Program-made: the position numbers and the translations under genes
Notes under the pieces: generated by a model
Told to the model about the DNA's origin: nothing
Seen by the model: the letters and a program-made list of their open reading frames with translations, nothing else
Databases searched by the model: none
DNA from: an uncultured Flavobacteriales bacterium
Lineage (GTDB): Bacteria; Bacteroidota; Bacteroidia; Flavobacteriales; BACL11
Direction: 5' to 3'
DNA: 64,000 bases
Assembly (NCBI GenBank): GCA_913063045.1
Contig: CAJXYM010000007.1
Location: 8,993-72,992 of the forward strand
Shown here: piece after piece, positions 27,256-36,900 of the stretch
Numbering within the stretch: position 1 is the stretch's first letter
Layout: each line of letters begins with the position of its first letter

Positions 27256-28161
27256 TTAATTTGTAGCTAGAGAAGCATATTCAACTTGTAGAATCTCATA
27301 ATTTGAATTGTCATAGATATAGGCTAGAATAGAAATATTATTTTGATTCCATCCACCACTTTCTCCATTACCTTGAAAAAGCGTATTGTTAGAGTAATCA
27401 ATATTAAAGTTTTCAAGATCAGCTAAATTCACACTATAATTATGAGTATAGCTTTCGCCATTTGAAATATTTGTTGATAAGCTTACATCATCTCCCCATG
27501 CTGATGTAATTAGAGATCTCAGAACATGGTTATGAATGTAATTTTCATCTTCAATTACCCCGTCTTTTTGCCAGTTAGTAATTTCATTTTCAGTTAAGCA
27601 AACTACCAGCTTATAATCCCCCGAAATATCTTTAAGTGCATCTGTTGAGATGTCAATAATAGAATTATTTCCATCAAAGCTAGAATTTATATTTAACCCA
27701 AAAACAACCTCTTTATCCAACTCTTGTTGAACACTAGCAAGCCATTGACCTTTGTTTTTTCTATGATCACCGGGGTAGTCAATCCTGTTAATCATTCCTT
27801 TTGGCAGTCCAGCATCACTTATATTAAAAAAGTTATCTAATTCTTCTCCCCATTTAGTTCTAAAATCATAAGTAAATTTTGGTTGGCTTAATGGATACGG
27901 TCTTGCAAATGTAGATCCTACATGTAAGGCTAATCCTATAATTTGGCTTCCATATAAATCATGAATTGCTTCTAGCTCTCTAGCTGCATCTGGACAGTTC
28001 TGGCAAAGATGGCCAGTGAAGTCTTCAATTAAAATATTTTTAACATATTGATTTGAGTTTGTATCTACACCACCACCATTTCCAGTCATGTAAGGACCTT
28101 CGATAACTTCACAAGAACTTATTATTGATAGAAGAAATAGACTATATATTATTTTTTTCAT
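27256..28161 (-). CDS. Omp28-related lipoprotein with CxxC motif
   Basis: Lipobox IISSC. Motif EDFTGHLCQNCPDA. Alignable over about 250 aa with the N-terminal domain of the 30450..32360 protein. Confidence 0.55.
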   Translation of the reverse strand: MKKIIYSLFLLSIISSCEVIEGPYMTGNGGGVDTNSNQYVKNILIEDFTGHLCQNCPDAARELEAIHDLYGSQIIGLALHVGSTFARPYPLSQPKFTYDFRTKWGEELDNFFNISDAGLPKGMINRIDYPGDHRKNKGQWLASVQQELDKEVVFGLNINSSFDGNNSIIDISTDALKDISGDYKLVVCLTENEITNWQKDGVIEDENYIHNHVLRSLITSAWGDDVSLSTNISNGESYTHNYSVNLADLENFNIDYSNNTLFQGNGESGGWNQNNISILAYIYDNSNYEILQVEYASLATN

Positions 28162-28163
28162 AA

Positions 28164-29813
28164 TTAAAAACTTGATGTTATATTAAGATTAAGACCATTA
28201 GAAGAAGGAACTAATTTACATACTCCACCTACACAAAAGATTCCTTCTCTCTTTTTACCATAACCAATAGAAAAACGATTAGCACCTTTAAGAAAACCAA
28301 AATTAATATTAATGTAGTGTAGTCTTTTACTTTCATCATCATTTCCATAATTGTACATGTCTTGAATAGTAAAAAACCAATTTGGAGAAATAGTATATTC
28401 TGCAAGTGCCATAACCCAATCCCCTTCTTCTTTTTTAGAAGCTGTTTCTAGTTGTTTAGCTATTAATGTTTGTACTTCCATTCTTAATGTATGACCTTTT
28501 TTAATTTTATAGCTTAAATCTAATACTCCAATTGTTGAGTTTATTACACCATATTCTCCGGGAGTTTTTCCTTCAAGGAAATCCTTGTTGTATGTCTGAT
28601 TAGCAATTACAAAATTGTATCTAATTCTTTTATTTACTTTCTTGTTAACTTCTAAATTAATATCAGAATAATACAATTCTTCATTAAAACTTAATATCTC
28701 TGGAGTAAAATTAACATTATCATTTAATATTGAAGTTCCTCCTTTTAAACCATTAATTCTAGAAAAATTTAGATTTAATTTTGTTCCATACTTACCACCT
28801 AACAAAGAGCCTTTTTTGATTTTATAAAAGATATCAAGTTGCACTCCAAGCTCTCCCATTGCTTGTGTTGCACAAGGGTAAAGTGCTAAAAGTGTATAGG
28901 CGTGTGGCTTACTTAAAGTTGGTATGTAGTTCATGATATATGCTTTACCTATTCTATCTCTATCTGAAAGTAATAACATATTATCTGCTCTATGAATCTC
29001 TCCTGTAATACCAAAGCCTTTTTTAGAAAATGTTAAACTGCTTGTGAAAGCATTTCCGCTAGCATAATTCACAGCGTCTTCTTGTATTGAGTTTACGGGA
29101 TCATTAATTTTATAGGCATATTCTCCATAGTAGTTCCATCCTCCATTAATTATATTTAACCTTCCAGCATATAATCCAACATTTTGTGGGAGTTCAAATA
29201 CTGGGTTGTTTCTTTGTTGGTATCTACTGATAAAGCTTCCTCCAAAAATATATCTTGTTTTGCTTTGTAGTTCTAAAGTTTCATTTAAATCTATCTCACC
29301 ATCTATTCCTCTAAAAATACCATCTGCATATGTAAAGTAGGTTCTACTTTTTCCAATAAATGTTTTTAAGCTTATCCCTTTTAGAAGTTTGTACTTTAAT
29401 CTAATTCCATCCATTGCATTATCAATACCTAAACCTTTTTCTTCATAGCTTCTAAATATTAATCCGCTTCCAAATTGCTCATAGAAATTACCTGCCGTAA
29501 CTTCTAGTCCTTCAATAGAATAAGTAGCAAATCTATATGGAATACCATTACCTTTAAAGTCATCGTCATAGTCCAGTAAAGCATTTAAATAGCTTTCATA
29601 TCTAAGGCCTGCAGAAAAGTTGTTTTTTGTAAAAATGATATTCAAGAAACTATTATTTCTGATAACCTCATCAGCAGCAACAGCATTTATTGTTGCATCT
29701 TCAATATAGCTCTGCATATTAAGATCAAAATCTCCGTGTATCTCCCCATTATTTTGAGCAAAGATATTTATGCTTAAAAAAAATAGGATGAAACCTAATG
29801 AAATATTTTTCAT
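28164..29813 (-). CDS. Large outer-membrane beta-barrel protein, DUF6029-like
   Basis: 549 aa. Signal peptide ending NIFAQ, beta-strand periodicity throughout, terminal Phe (NITSSF), C-terminal FCVGGVCK motif. Confidence 0.5.
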   Translation of the reverse strand: MKNISLGFILFFLSINIFAQNNGEIHGDFDLNMQSYIEDATINAVAADEVIRNNSFLNIIFTKNNFSAGLRYESYLNALLDYDDDFKGNGIPYRFATYSIEGLEVTAGNFYEQFGSGLIFRSYEEKGLGIDNAMDGIRLKYKLLKGISLKTFIGKSRTYFTYADGIFRGIDGEIDLNETLELQSKTRYIFGGSFISRYQQRNNPVFELPQNVGLYAGRLNIINGGWNYYGEYAYKINDPVNSIQEDAVNYASGNAFTSSLTFSKKGFGITGEIHRADNMLLLSDRDRIGKAYIMNYIPTLSKPHAYTLLALYPCATQAMGELGVQLDIFYKIKKGSLLGGKYGTKLNLNFSRINGLKGGTSILNDNVNFTPEILSFNEELYYSDINLEVNKKVNKRIRYNFVIANQTYNKDFLEGKTPGEYGVINSTIGVLDLSYKIKKGHTLRMEVQTLIAKQLETASKKEEGDWVMALAEYTISPNWFFTIQDMYNYGNDDESKRLHYININFGFLKGANRFSIGYGKKREGIFCVGGVCKLVPSSNGLNLNITSSF

Positions 29814-29815
29814 AA

Positions 29816-30310
29816 TTATTTGCTTATTGCTTGAATTTGCTCATATAACTCATCCTCATCTCCATCAATATAACCTTTGTGTTGCCAAACTATTTTCCCT
29901 TCGCTGTTAATTAAGAATGTATGGGGCACGGATGATACTCCCAGAGCTCTTTTTAAATCGGAATTAGAATCAAGGTAAATTTCATATTCCCAGTCTGATG
30001 AGTTTACGTATGGTGCTACTTTGGACATTGATCTTGTATCATCAATAGAAATTGCAACTACTTTAACTCCAGTTTCATCTTGCCAATCTTCATATATTTC
30101 AGCAATATTATTTAATTCTTTTTTACAGGGTTTGCACCAAGTTGCCCAGAAACTGATGACTATTGGATTATTTTCATTCTCTAAATCCTGGATATTAAAT
30201 GTTGCACCATCCAGAGTTTTTACATCAATATTAGGCAGGCTCCTTTCTTGAGAAAATATTGTTCCTACATTTAAAAATGTTGCTATTAAAATAATTGATA
30301 ATTGTTTCAT
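29816..30310 (-). CDS. TlpA/ResA-like periplasmic thiol:disulfide oxidoreductase
   Basis: Signal peptide plus the thioredoxin-fold active site FWATWCKPCKKE. 164 aa. Confidence 0.85.
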   Translation of the reverse strand: MKQLSIILIATFLNVGTIFSQERSLPNIDVKTLDGATFNIQDLENENNPIVISFWATWCKPCKKELNNIAEIYEDWQDETGVKVVAISIDDTRSMSKVAPYVNSSDWEYEIYLDSNSDLKRALGVSSVPHTFLINSEGKIVWQHKGYIDGDEDELYEQIQAISK

Positions 30311-30333
30311 TTGTTGTTTTTTATTGTCTTAAG

Positions 30334-30341
30334 CAAATTTA
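30334..30341 (-). promoter_or_regulatory. Bacteroidota -7 promoter box (TAAATTTG on the minus strand) for the tlpA operon
   Basis: Exact TAnnTTTG, 23 nt upstream of the ATG at 30310, just downstream of two terminator hairpins. Confidence 0.35.
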
Positions 30342-30362
30342 CAAAACTTAAACAATAAAAAA

Positions 30363-30381
30363 AACCTGAAATAATCAGGTT
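30363..30381 (-). terminator. Rho-independent terminator hairpin (second of two)
   Basis: Stem aacctga / tcaggtt with a 5-nt loop. On the minus strand it is followed by a T-run (plus-strand A-run 30357-30364). Confidence 0.5.
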
Positions 30382-30401
30382 CTTAATACTTTAGTTTAAA
30401 T

Positions 30402-30435
30402 AAAAAAGCCTCGGCAGATTGCCGAGGCTTTTTTT
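30402..30435 (-). terminator. Rho-independent terminator, GC-rich hairpin with flanking A/T runs
   Basis: Stem gcctcggc (30408-30415) / gccgaggc (30421-30428), loop agatt, A6 before and T7 after. Lies 15 nt past the stop of the 30450 gene. Confidence 0.8.
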
Positions 30436-30449
30436 ATAATAAAGTTTAA

Positions 30450-32360
30450 TTATTTAGCTATTGTAACTTTTCTTTTAATTACTTCATCATTCGTAAAAAT
30501 GTTTACATAGTAAGAACCATTTGCTAAAGATGAGATATCCACTTTAGTTTTGTTTGAAGATGTAAGAACTAATTTTCCAAATATATCGAAAACCTCTAAG
30601 CTATTAAACACACCATCTACACTTAAGACATCTTGAGCAGGGTTTGGGTATAATTCAAATAGTTGTGTATTCTCTTCAACTGAAGTACTTGCAACGTAAC
30701 AAGGAGATGCTGGATCATTAACGTATGCATCAAAACAATCTTGTTCTGATCCATATGTTCCATTACCAGAACCTAAATCTGTACATCCAAATGGAGTGCA
30801 TTCCCATGCTGGTCCGCTTGCGCTTCCAGTTGAGAAATATTCTCCGAGCTCATTAAACGTTGAAAGTTGCTGTCCGGATAACGCTGTTATCGCTGTTCCT
30901 GCATTATCAGTTACATAAACTTCAGCTCCTGTTCCATAATTACAACACATTCCGTCTCCGTAAGTATCATAAAGTTTAAAAGCATAACATTCATTTGCAT
31001 TTACCATTACTGAAGCAGTGTAAGTTATATTTGATTGATATGTTCCTCCTTGACCACCAGAACCAATTACGTTTCCTCCTTCATCTACGATTTCCCATGA
31101 TGTTTCTGAACCGTAACCATCTGTAGTAATTTCTACAGAAATATTTCCTGCTGCAATACCACCTACAACCATATTATTTTGATCAAAATGAACAAAAGAT
31201 GTTGTCGTAGAATTATTGGTAGTATTTTGATCTACTTGACCATTAGGATTTGAAGCAGAGTAAGTTACATTATTTACTCCTTGAGGAGTAAATGTAGCTC
31301 CAGTAACTGTAAGTACTTCAGTTTCTCCAGGAAGCATATTTCCTGTCCAATTATACGTTGCTCCAGGAGTTCCGTTAATTGTGTAGTCAATATCTAAAGA
31401 AGTTAAATTAGTACTTCCAAAATTTCTAAATGTCATTTCTAGATCTGTTGAAGATCCACAAAGAACATCATTTGCTGATGAGCTTAAAACATTTGCATCA
31501 TACTGATTAGGGAATACAGGAGCAATAACTGATTGGTTACCAGTAATTATTTCTTGATTTCCTTCAGTAATAAAAGCAACTACATCCAAATCTATCAAAT
31601 CTAACATTACGCCATTAATATCATTTGGTGCTGTCCAAGTTAATGTCATTGGAACAAAAGTATTAGGAGTAATATTTGTTATTTCTTCTCCCCACTGTCC
31701 TGTCATTATGTGACGTAACATGTGTTGGTGGTTGTAAGTTGGATTCCATTGTCCAGGAATAATAGCTCCTGGATTGAAACTTGATGCTCCAGTTTGAGGA
31801 CCAGGTACATTGTTTTGCACAATTGCAACATTTAAAAAGTTTGAAGAGATACTTTGAGATCCAGTATAATAAACCTCAACATCTACTGTAACTAATCTAG
31901 TTGATAAATCAACACTTGCTTGAGTAGCAACATTTACAGGAGAAGACAGTAGAAGAGTTTGAGCTGTAGCAGTTGCCCAATTAGCTCTACCTAATGCAGT
32001 TGCTCCAGCTTGACCTTGTTCAAGACCCGGGAAGTTATGTCTATTTACTGTACCTGCAGGATATCCTGCAAGTCCTGATTGACCATCAATAGCAGCTCCA
32101 AGAGGAGTTCTAAAGTCTGGTTCGCCAGAGTTTGGAGTTGCATAACCTCCTTCGTGTATGTTAATAAGGAATACATTGTTTGGATTTGCATCGTGAAGAC
32201 CTTGTCCAATAACGTGACCATCAGGACAGAAGGTACAATGAATTCCAGTAAATTCTTCTAACACAACCTTTCTATTTTCAGGGGAAGTGCTAACAAAATT
32301 TTGTGCAAATGCAAATGTAGAGAACAAAGCAAAAGCAAAAGTTAGTAATTTTTTCATCAT
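30450..32360 (-). CDS. T9SS-secreted protein: Omp28-like CxxC domain, middle domains, type A C-terminal sorting domain
   Basis: Signal peptide MMKKLLTFAFALFSTFAFAQ, motif EEFTGIHCTFCPDGH, C-terminal LYPNPAQDVLSV...YYVNIF...KVTIAK (Por_Secre_tail-like). Start set at ATG 32360, because the track TTG at 32393 lies inside the -7 box. Confidence 0.65.
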   Translation of the reverse strand: MMKKLLTFAFALFSTFAFAQNFVSTSPENRKVVLEEFTGIHCTFCPDGHVIGQGLHDANPNNVFLINIHEGGYATPNSGEPDFRTPLGAAIDGQSGLAGYPAGTVNRHNFPGLEQGQAGATALGRANWATATAQTLLLSSPVNVATQASVDLSTRLVTVDVEVYYTGSQSISSNFLNVAIVQNNVPGPQTGASSFNPGAIIPGQWNPTYNHQHMLRHIMTGQWGEEITNITPNTFVPMTLTWTAPNDINGVMLDLIDLDVVAFITEGNQEIITGNQSVIAPVFPNQYDANVLSSSANDVLCGSSTDLEMTFRNFGSTNLTSLDIDYTINGTPGATYNWTGNMLPGETEVLTVTGATFTPQGVNNVTYSASNPNGQVDQNTTNNSTTTSFVHFDQNNMVVGGIAAGNISVEITTDGYGSETSWEIVDEGGNVIGSGGQGGTYQSNITYTASVMVNANECYAFKLYDTYGDGMCCNYGTGAEVYVTDNAGTAITALSGQQLSTFNELGEYFSTGSASGPAWECTPFGCTDLGSGNGTYGSEQDCFDAYVNDPASPCYVASTSVEENTQLFELYPNPAQDVLSVDGVFNSLEVFDIFGKLVLTSSNKTKVDISSLANGSYYVNIFTNDEVIKRKVTIAK

Positions 32361-32390
32361 TGATATTGTTTTTAATTTTATTATTGTCTT

Positions 32391-32398
32391 CAAATATA
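32391..32398 (-). promoter_or_regulatory. Bacteroidota -7 promoter box (TATATTTG on the minus strand)
   Basis: Exact TAnnTTTG, 30 nt upstream of the ATG at 32360. Confidence 0.35.
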
Positions 32399-32592
32399 CT
32401 TAATAAATGTTTTATCCGCAAATTTAATATGTACTATATAGTTGATTGTCTTACAGATCTAGATAATTTCTAGATATTAATAAATTTTATTTGTTAATTA
32501 TCAGATTAAAAATAAGATTATTTTACAATGATGAATACTCTCTTTTTTACAGATTAATTTTTATAATTCATTACTCATGGAGAAAGTTTTTT

Positions 32593-32600
32593 TATATTTG
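32593..32600 (+). promoter_or_regulatory. Bacteroidota -7 promoter box (TATATTTG)
   Basis: Exact TAnnTTTG, 17 nt upstream of the ATG at 32618. Confidence 0.35.
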
Positions 32601-32617
32601 CTAAAAACATATTTAAA

Positions 32618-33301
32618 ATGAAAAATTCTCTGTTATTAATACTTTTTCTCTCTAGTATTTTCTCATATTCTCAAAGCCTTGATGTTACGGGTAATATGAA
32701 TGTAAGTTCTAACCCATGTATGCAAGCTCATTCTACATTAACAATAAAAAATATATCAAATTATTCTTTAAATGTTATTTGTGAGAAAGTAATTATTGAT
32801 ACTACATTAGGGACTTCTAATTTTTTCTGTTGGGCAGCTAATTGTTACCCTTCTTCAACATACATCTCTCCAGGCACAAATACTATAGATGCAGGAGATT
32901 CTGATGCTACTGATTTTGGAGGGTATTATGATGCTTTTTGTGACCCTGCATCAGCTACAGTTCAATATTGTTTTTATCCTGATGATAACCCAAGTGATGC
33001 TACATGCGTTACAATTTTATATAATGGTAATTCCTCAAGTATTATTGAAAGTGATAGGGTGTTAAAATTAAATAGTTTTTATCCTAATCCTGCTGGACAA
33101 TCAACAAGTATTGAATATGTTACTTCAAAAGATTCGTATTTAAATATTGTAGATATTCTTGGTAACTCAATTAAAAAATATAATCTTGATTACTCGGGTA
33201 AATTAAATATAGACACTAGAGACTTTATAAAAGGAGTATATTTTGGTAATTTAATTGTTGATAATCAAATTATTTCTGTTAAAAAACTTATTATAAAATA
33301 G
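32618..33301 (+). CDS. Small cysteine-rich T9SS cargo protein
   Basis: Signal peptide ending FSYSQS. Seven Cys in a mature domain of about 120 aa. C-terminal FYPNPAGQSTSIEY...VYFGNL...KKLIIK sorting domain. Confidence 0.6.
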   Translation: MKNSLLLILFLSSIFSYSQSLDVTGNMNVSSNPCMQAHSTLTIKNISNYSLNVICEKVIIDTTLGTSNFFCWAANCYPSSTYISPGTNTIDAGDSDATDFGGYYDAFCDPASATVQYCFYPDDNPSDATCVTILYNGNSSSIIESDRVLKLNSFYPNPAGQSTSIEYVTSKDSYLNIVDILGNSIKKYNLDYSGKLNIDTRDFIKGVYFGNLIVDNQIISVKKLIIK

Positions 33302-33370
33302 TAATCCGTACTTTCTTGATCTCTTGCATATAGAATAGAGTGTAAGATGTAAAACCATAAAATTAGTTAA

Positions 33371-33952
33371 ATGATTACACAAATTACAGGTAAATTATTA
33401 GAGAAGACACCAACTTATGTTGTGATAGAATGTAATGGTATGGGCTATCATATTAATATTTCATTACAAACTTTTTCTGCTATTAACAGTGAATTATGCA
33501 GACTTTATACTCATTTATCTGTTAAAGAGGATTCTCATACTCTTTATGGTTTTTTTGATGCTGCTGAAAGACATTTATTTCGTAATCTAATAAGTGTTTC
33601 TGGAGTTGGCCCCAGTACTGCTCAAGTAATTTTATCTACATATAATGCTAGTGAGATTGTTACTTATATCTCTACAGCAGATGTTGCAGCAATTCAGCAC
33701 GTTAAAGGAATTGGAGCAAAAACTGCACAAAGAATAATTATTGATTTAAAGGACAAGGTTGCAAAAGGACTTCCTAAATCTGATATTTTATTCAATATAG
33801 ACAATACAATTAAAACAGAAGCGTTATCTGCATTACTAGCTTTAGGGTTTTCTAAAAAAGCATCTGAGCAAAAAATTGATAAAGTCATGAAACTAAATCC
33901 TGATGTTGAGAGTGTTGAAGAGTTAGTAAAGACTGCTTTAAGTCAGATGTAA
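33371..33952 (+). CDS. ruvA: Holliday junction DNA helicase subunit RuvA
   Basis: N-terminus MITQITGKL and helix-hairpin-helix motifs LISVSGVGPSTAQ and VKGIGAKTAQRI. 193 aa. Confidence 0.95.
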   Translation: MITQITGKLLEKTPTYVVIECNGMGYHINISLQTFSAINSELCRLYTHLSVKEDSHTLYGFFDAAERHLFRNLISVSGVGPSTAQVILSTYNASEIVTYISTADVAAIQHVKGIGAKTAQRIIIDLKDKVAKGLPKSDILFNIDNTIKTEALSALLALGFSKKASEQKIDKVMKLNPDVESVEELVKTALSQM

Positions 33953-33977
33953 CTGTTATTAATTAGTTGATTGAAAT

Positions 33978-36900
33978 TTGAGCAATAAAATTCAATATTT
34001 TTTAACTGTAAGCTTTGTATTTGCATTACTTTTCAGTGTAGATGCAAATGGGTTTACTATGATAGATTCTACAGAGAATAACACTCTTCCTTATCCTTAC
34101 AGTCCAAATCAGTCTAGTGGTTTGTTTTTAAATACCCCCTCAAATCTTAATTTAAATATCAATTATGATCCTCAAAATAATTATTATTTATTTAATAAAA
34201 GGTTGGGAGAAATTAATCTTAATAGATCCCAAGTATTAGATTTTCAACAGTTTCAGGATTATAATCTAAAAAAATCTATCAATAATTATTGGAAGGATAG
34301 AACTAAACAACAGCTTTCAAGTAAAAATCAATCTTATGGAATGCCTAAGTTATATATTCCTGGCCAAGCTTTTGATAAGATATTTGGTGGTAATTCAGTA
34401 GATATTCGTCCTCAAGGTTCTGCTGAGCTAATTTTTGGAGTGAAAGTAAATCGATTAGACAATCCAAGTCTTCCTGTTGAAAGAAGAAGATCAACAACGT
34501 TTGATTTTCAAGAAAAAATACAAATGAATGTAATTGGTAAGATTGGTGATAAGCTTAAGCTTACTACTAATTTTAATACTGAAGCTACTTTTGATTTTGA
34601 GAATAATATGAAATTAGAGTACACGGGATATGAAGATGAAATTGTAAAGAAGATAGAAGTTGGTAATGTAAGTCTTCCACTAAATGGAACACTGATAACA
34701 GGAAGTCAGTCTTTGTTTGGTTTTAAAACTCAAATGCAATTTGGAAGAACAACTTTTACTGGAATACTCTCTCAGCAAAAGAGTAGTACCTCAGAAATTG
34801 AGGTTAGTGGAGGAGCCCAAACTTCTGAGTTTGATATTTATGCTGATCAATATGAAGCAAATAAACACTTTTTCTTAGCTCAATATTTCAAAGATAATTA
34901 TGATAATGCGCTTAGTGATTTGCCATTTGTTAATTCTCCTATTAATATTACTAGAGTTGAAGTCTGGATTACCAATAAGACAGGAACTACAAATGACACT
35001 AGAAATATTGTTTCTTTTCTTGACTTAGGGGAGACAACAGGTAATATTTACAATACTCAGTTTACATTATCAAATGGAGGTCCGTATCCTGATAATAATG
35101 CTGCTAATGATATGTTTGAATCCTTAACAACAAATTTTAGTGGGATTAGAGATATTAATAATGTTAATAATATTTTGTCTTCTCAATTGGGTATAGGCTT
35201 TTTAAATGGACAAGATTATGAGAAATTAGAGCGTGCCAGAAAATTAACTTCTCAAGAATATTCTATGCATCCACAGCTTGGATATATTTCTTTAAATCAA
35301 GCACTAAATAACGATGAGGTATTAGCAGTAGCATTTCAGTATACAGTTGGTAATAATACCTTTCAAGTTGGAGAATTTACATCTTCAGGACCTACCGCTC
35401 CACAGGCTTTAATTGTAAAACTTTTAAAGGGTACAAATTTCTCGCCAAAACTACCTAACTGGCATTTAATGATGAAAAATATATATGCATTGGGAGCCTA
35501 TCAAATGAGTAGTAATAACTTTATTCTTGATGTAGTTTATGAAAATACAGAAGAGTCTGGGGCTTTAACTAATTACATCCCAGAAGGAGTTATAGAAGGA
35601 GTTCCATTAATTCAGGTGGTAAATGTTGATCAGTTAAATCAACAAATGGATAGGCAATCGGACGGAGTTTTTGATTTTATTGAAGGTATAACTGCTAAAA
35701 CTGCTAATGGTAGAATTATCTTCCCTGTTCGTCAACCATTTGGAGAATATTTGAGGTCAAAATTTTCAGACCCAACTATTGCTGATAAATATGTTTATCA
35801 AGCTCTCTATGATTCTACACTTACCATTGCACAACAATATCCAGAATTAAATAAATTTAGAATAAAAGGAAGTTATCAAGGGGCTTCTGGCTCAGAAATA
35901 AGATTAACTGCTATGAACGTCCCAGAAGGCTCTGTAACTGTTACTGCTGGTTCTCAAAAGTTAGTTGAAAACCAAGATTATACAGTAGATTATACAATGG
36001 GAAGAGTTACTATTATAAACGAGGGTATATTAAATTCTGGTATTCCAATTAAAATATCTCTTGAAAATAATTCAATGTTTGGAATTCAAAATAAAACTTT
36101 AGTTGGTTTACATGCTGATTATGAAGTTAATAAAGATTTTATTTTAGGAGCAACAATGCTGAACTTAACAGAAAGACCTTTTACGCAAAAAATTAACACT
36201 GGTGAAGAACCTATTTCAAATACTATTTGGGGATTAGATGGAACTTATCAAACTGAAGCCCCATGGTTAACCAAAGCTGTTGATTTTTTACCTTTTATTG
36301 AAACAAAAGCAAAATCAAGAATTATTGCTAACGCTGAATTTGCTCAGCTAATTCCTGGTCATCATAGGGCTGTTGGGAAAAATGGGGTGTCATATATTGA
36401 TGATTTTGAGTCAAGTAGAACATCAATAGATATTAAAAATATGGGAGCCTGGAGAAGCTCTAGTATTCCTCAAGGTCAGGAAGACTTATTTGAGAATGCC
36501 TCTGCAAATAATGATCTTATTTCTGGATTTAAAAGAGCAAAATTATCGTGGTATACAATTGACCCTTTATTTTATAGAAATACCTCTATTACTCCACCTA
36601 ATATTAATAAAACTCTTAGCTTAGATAATGGAAGTGCAATTGCTCAACAATCTTATCATTATGTTAGAGAGGTTTTAGAAACAGAAGTTTTTCCTAATAA
36701 GGACCCTGATTTAGGAAGTCAAATAACCAATTTATCGGTTCTTGATCTTGCATATTATCCATCTGAAAGAGGTCCGAATAACTATACTGTTAATGGTTTG
36801 GAAGCTAGCGGAAGATTAATGAACCCCTCCAAAAACTGGGCAGGTATTATGCGAAAATTAGAGACTAATGACTTTGAGGCTGCAAATATTGAGTTCATTG

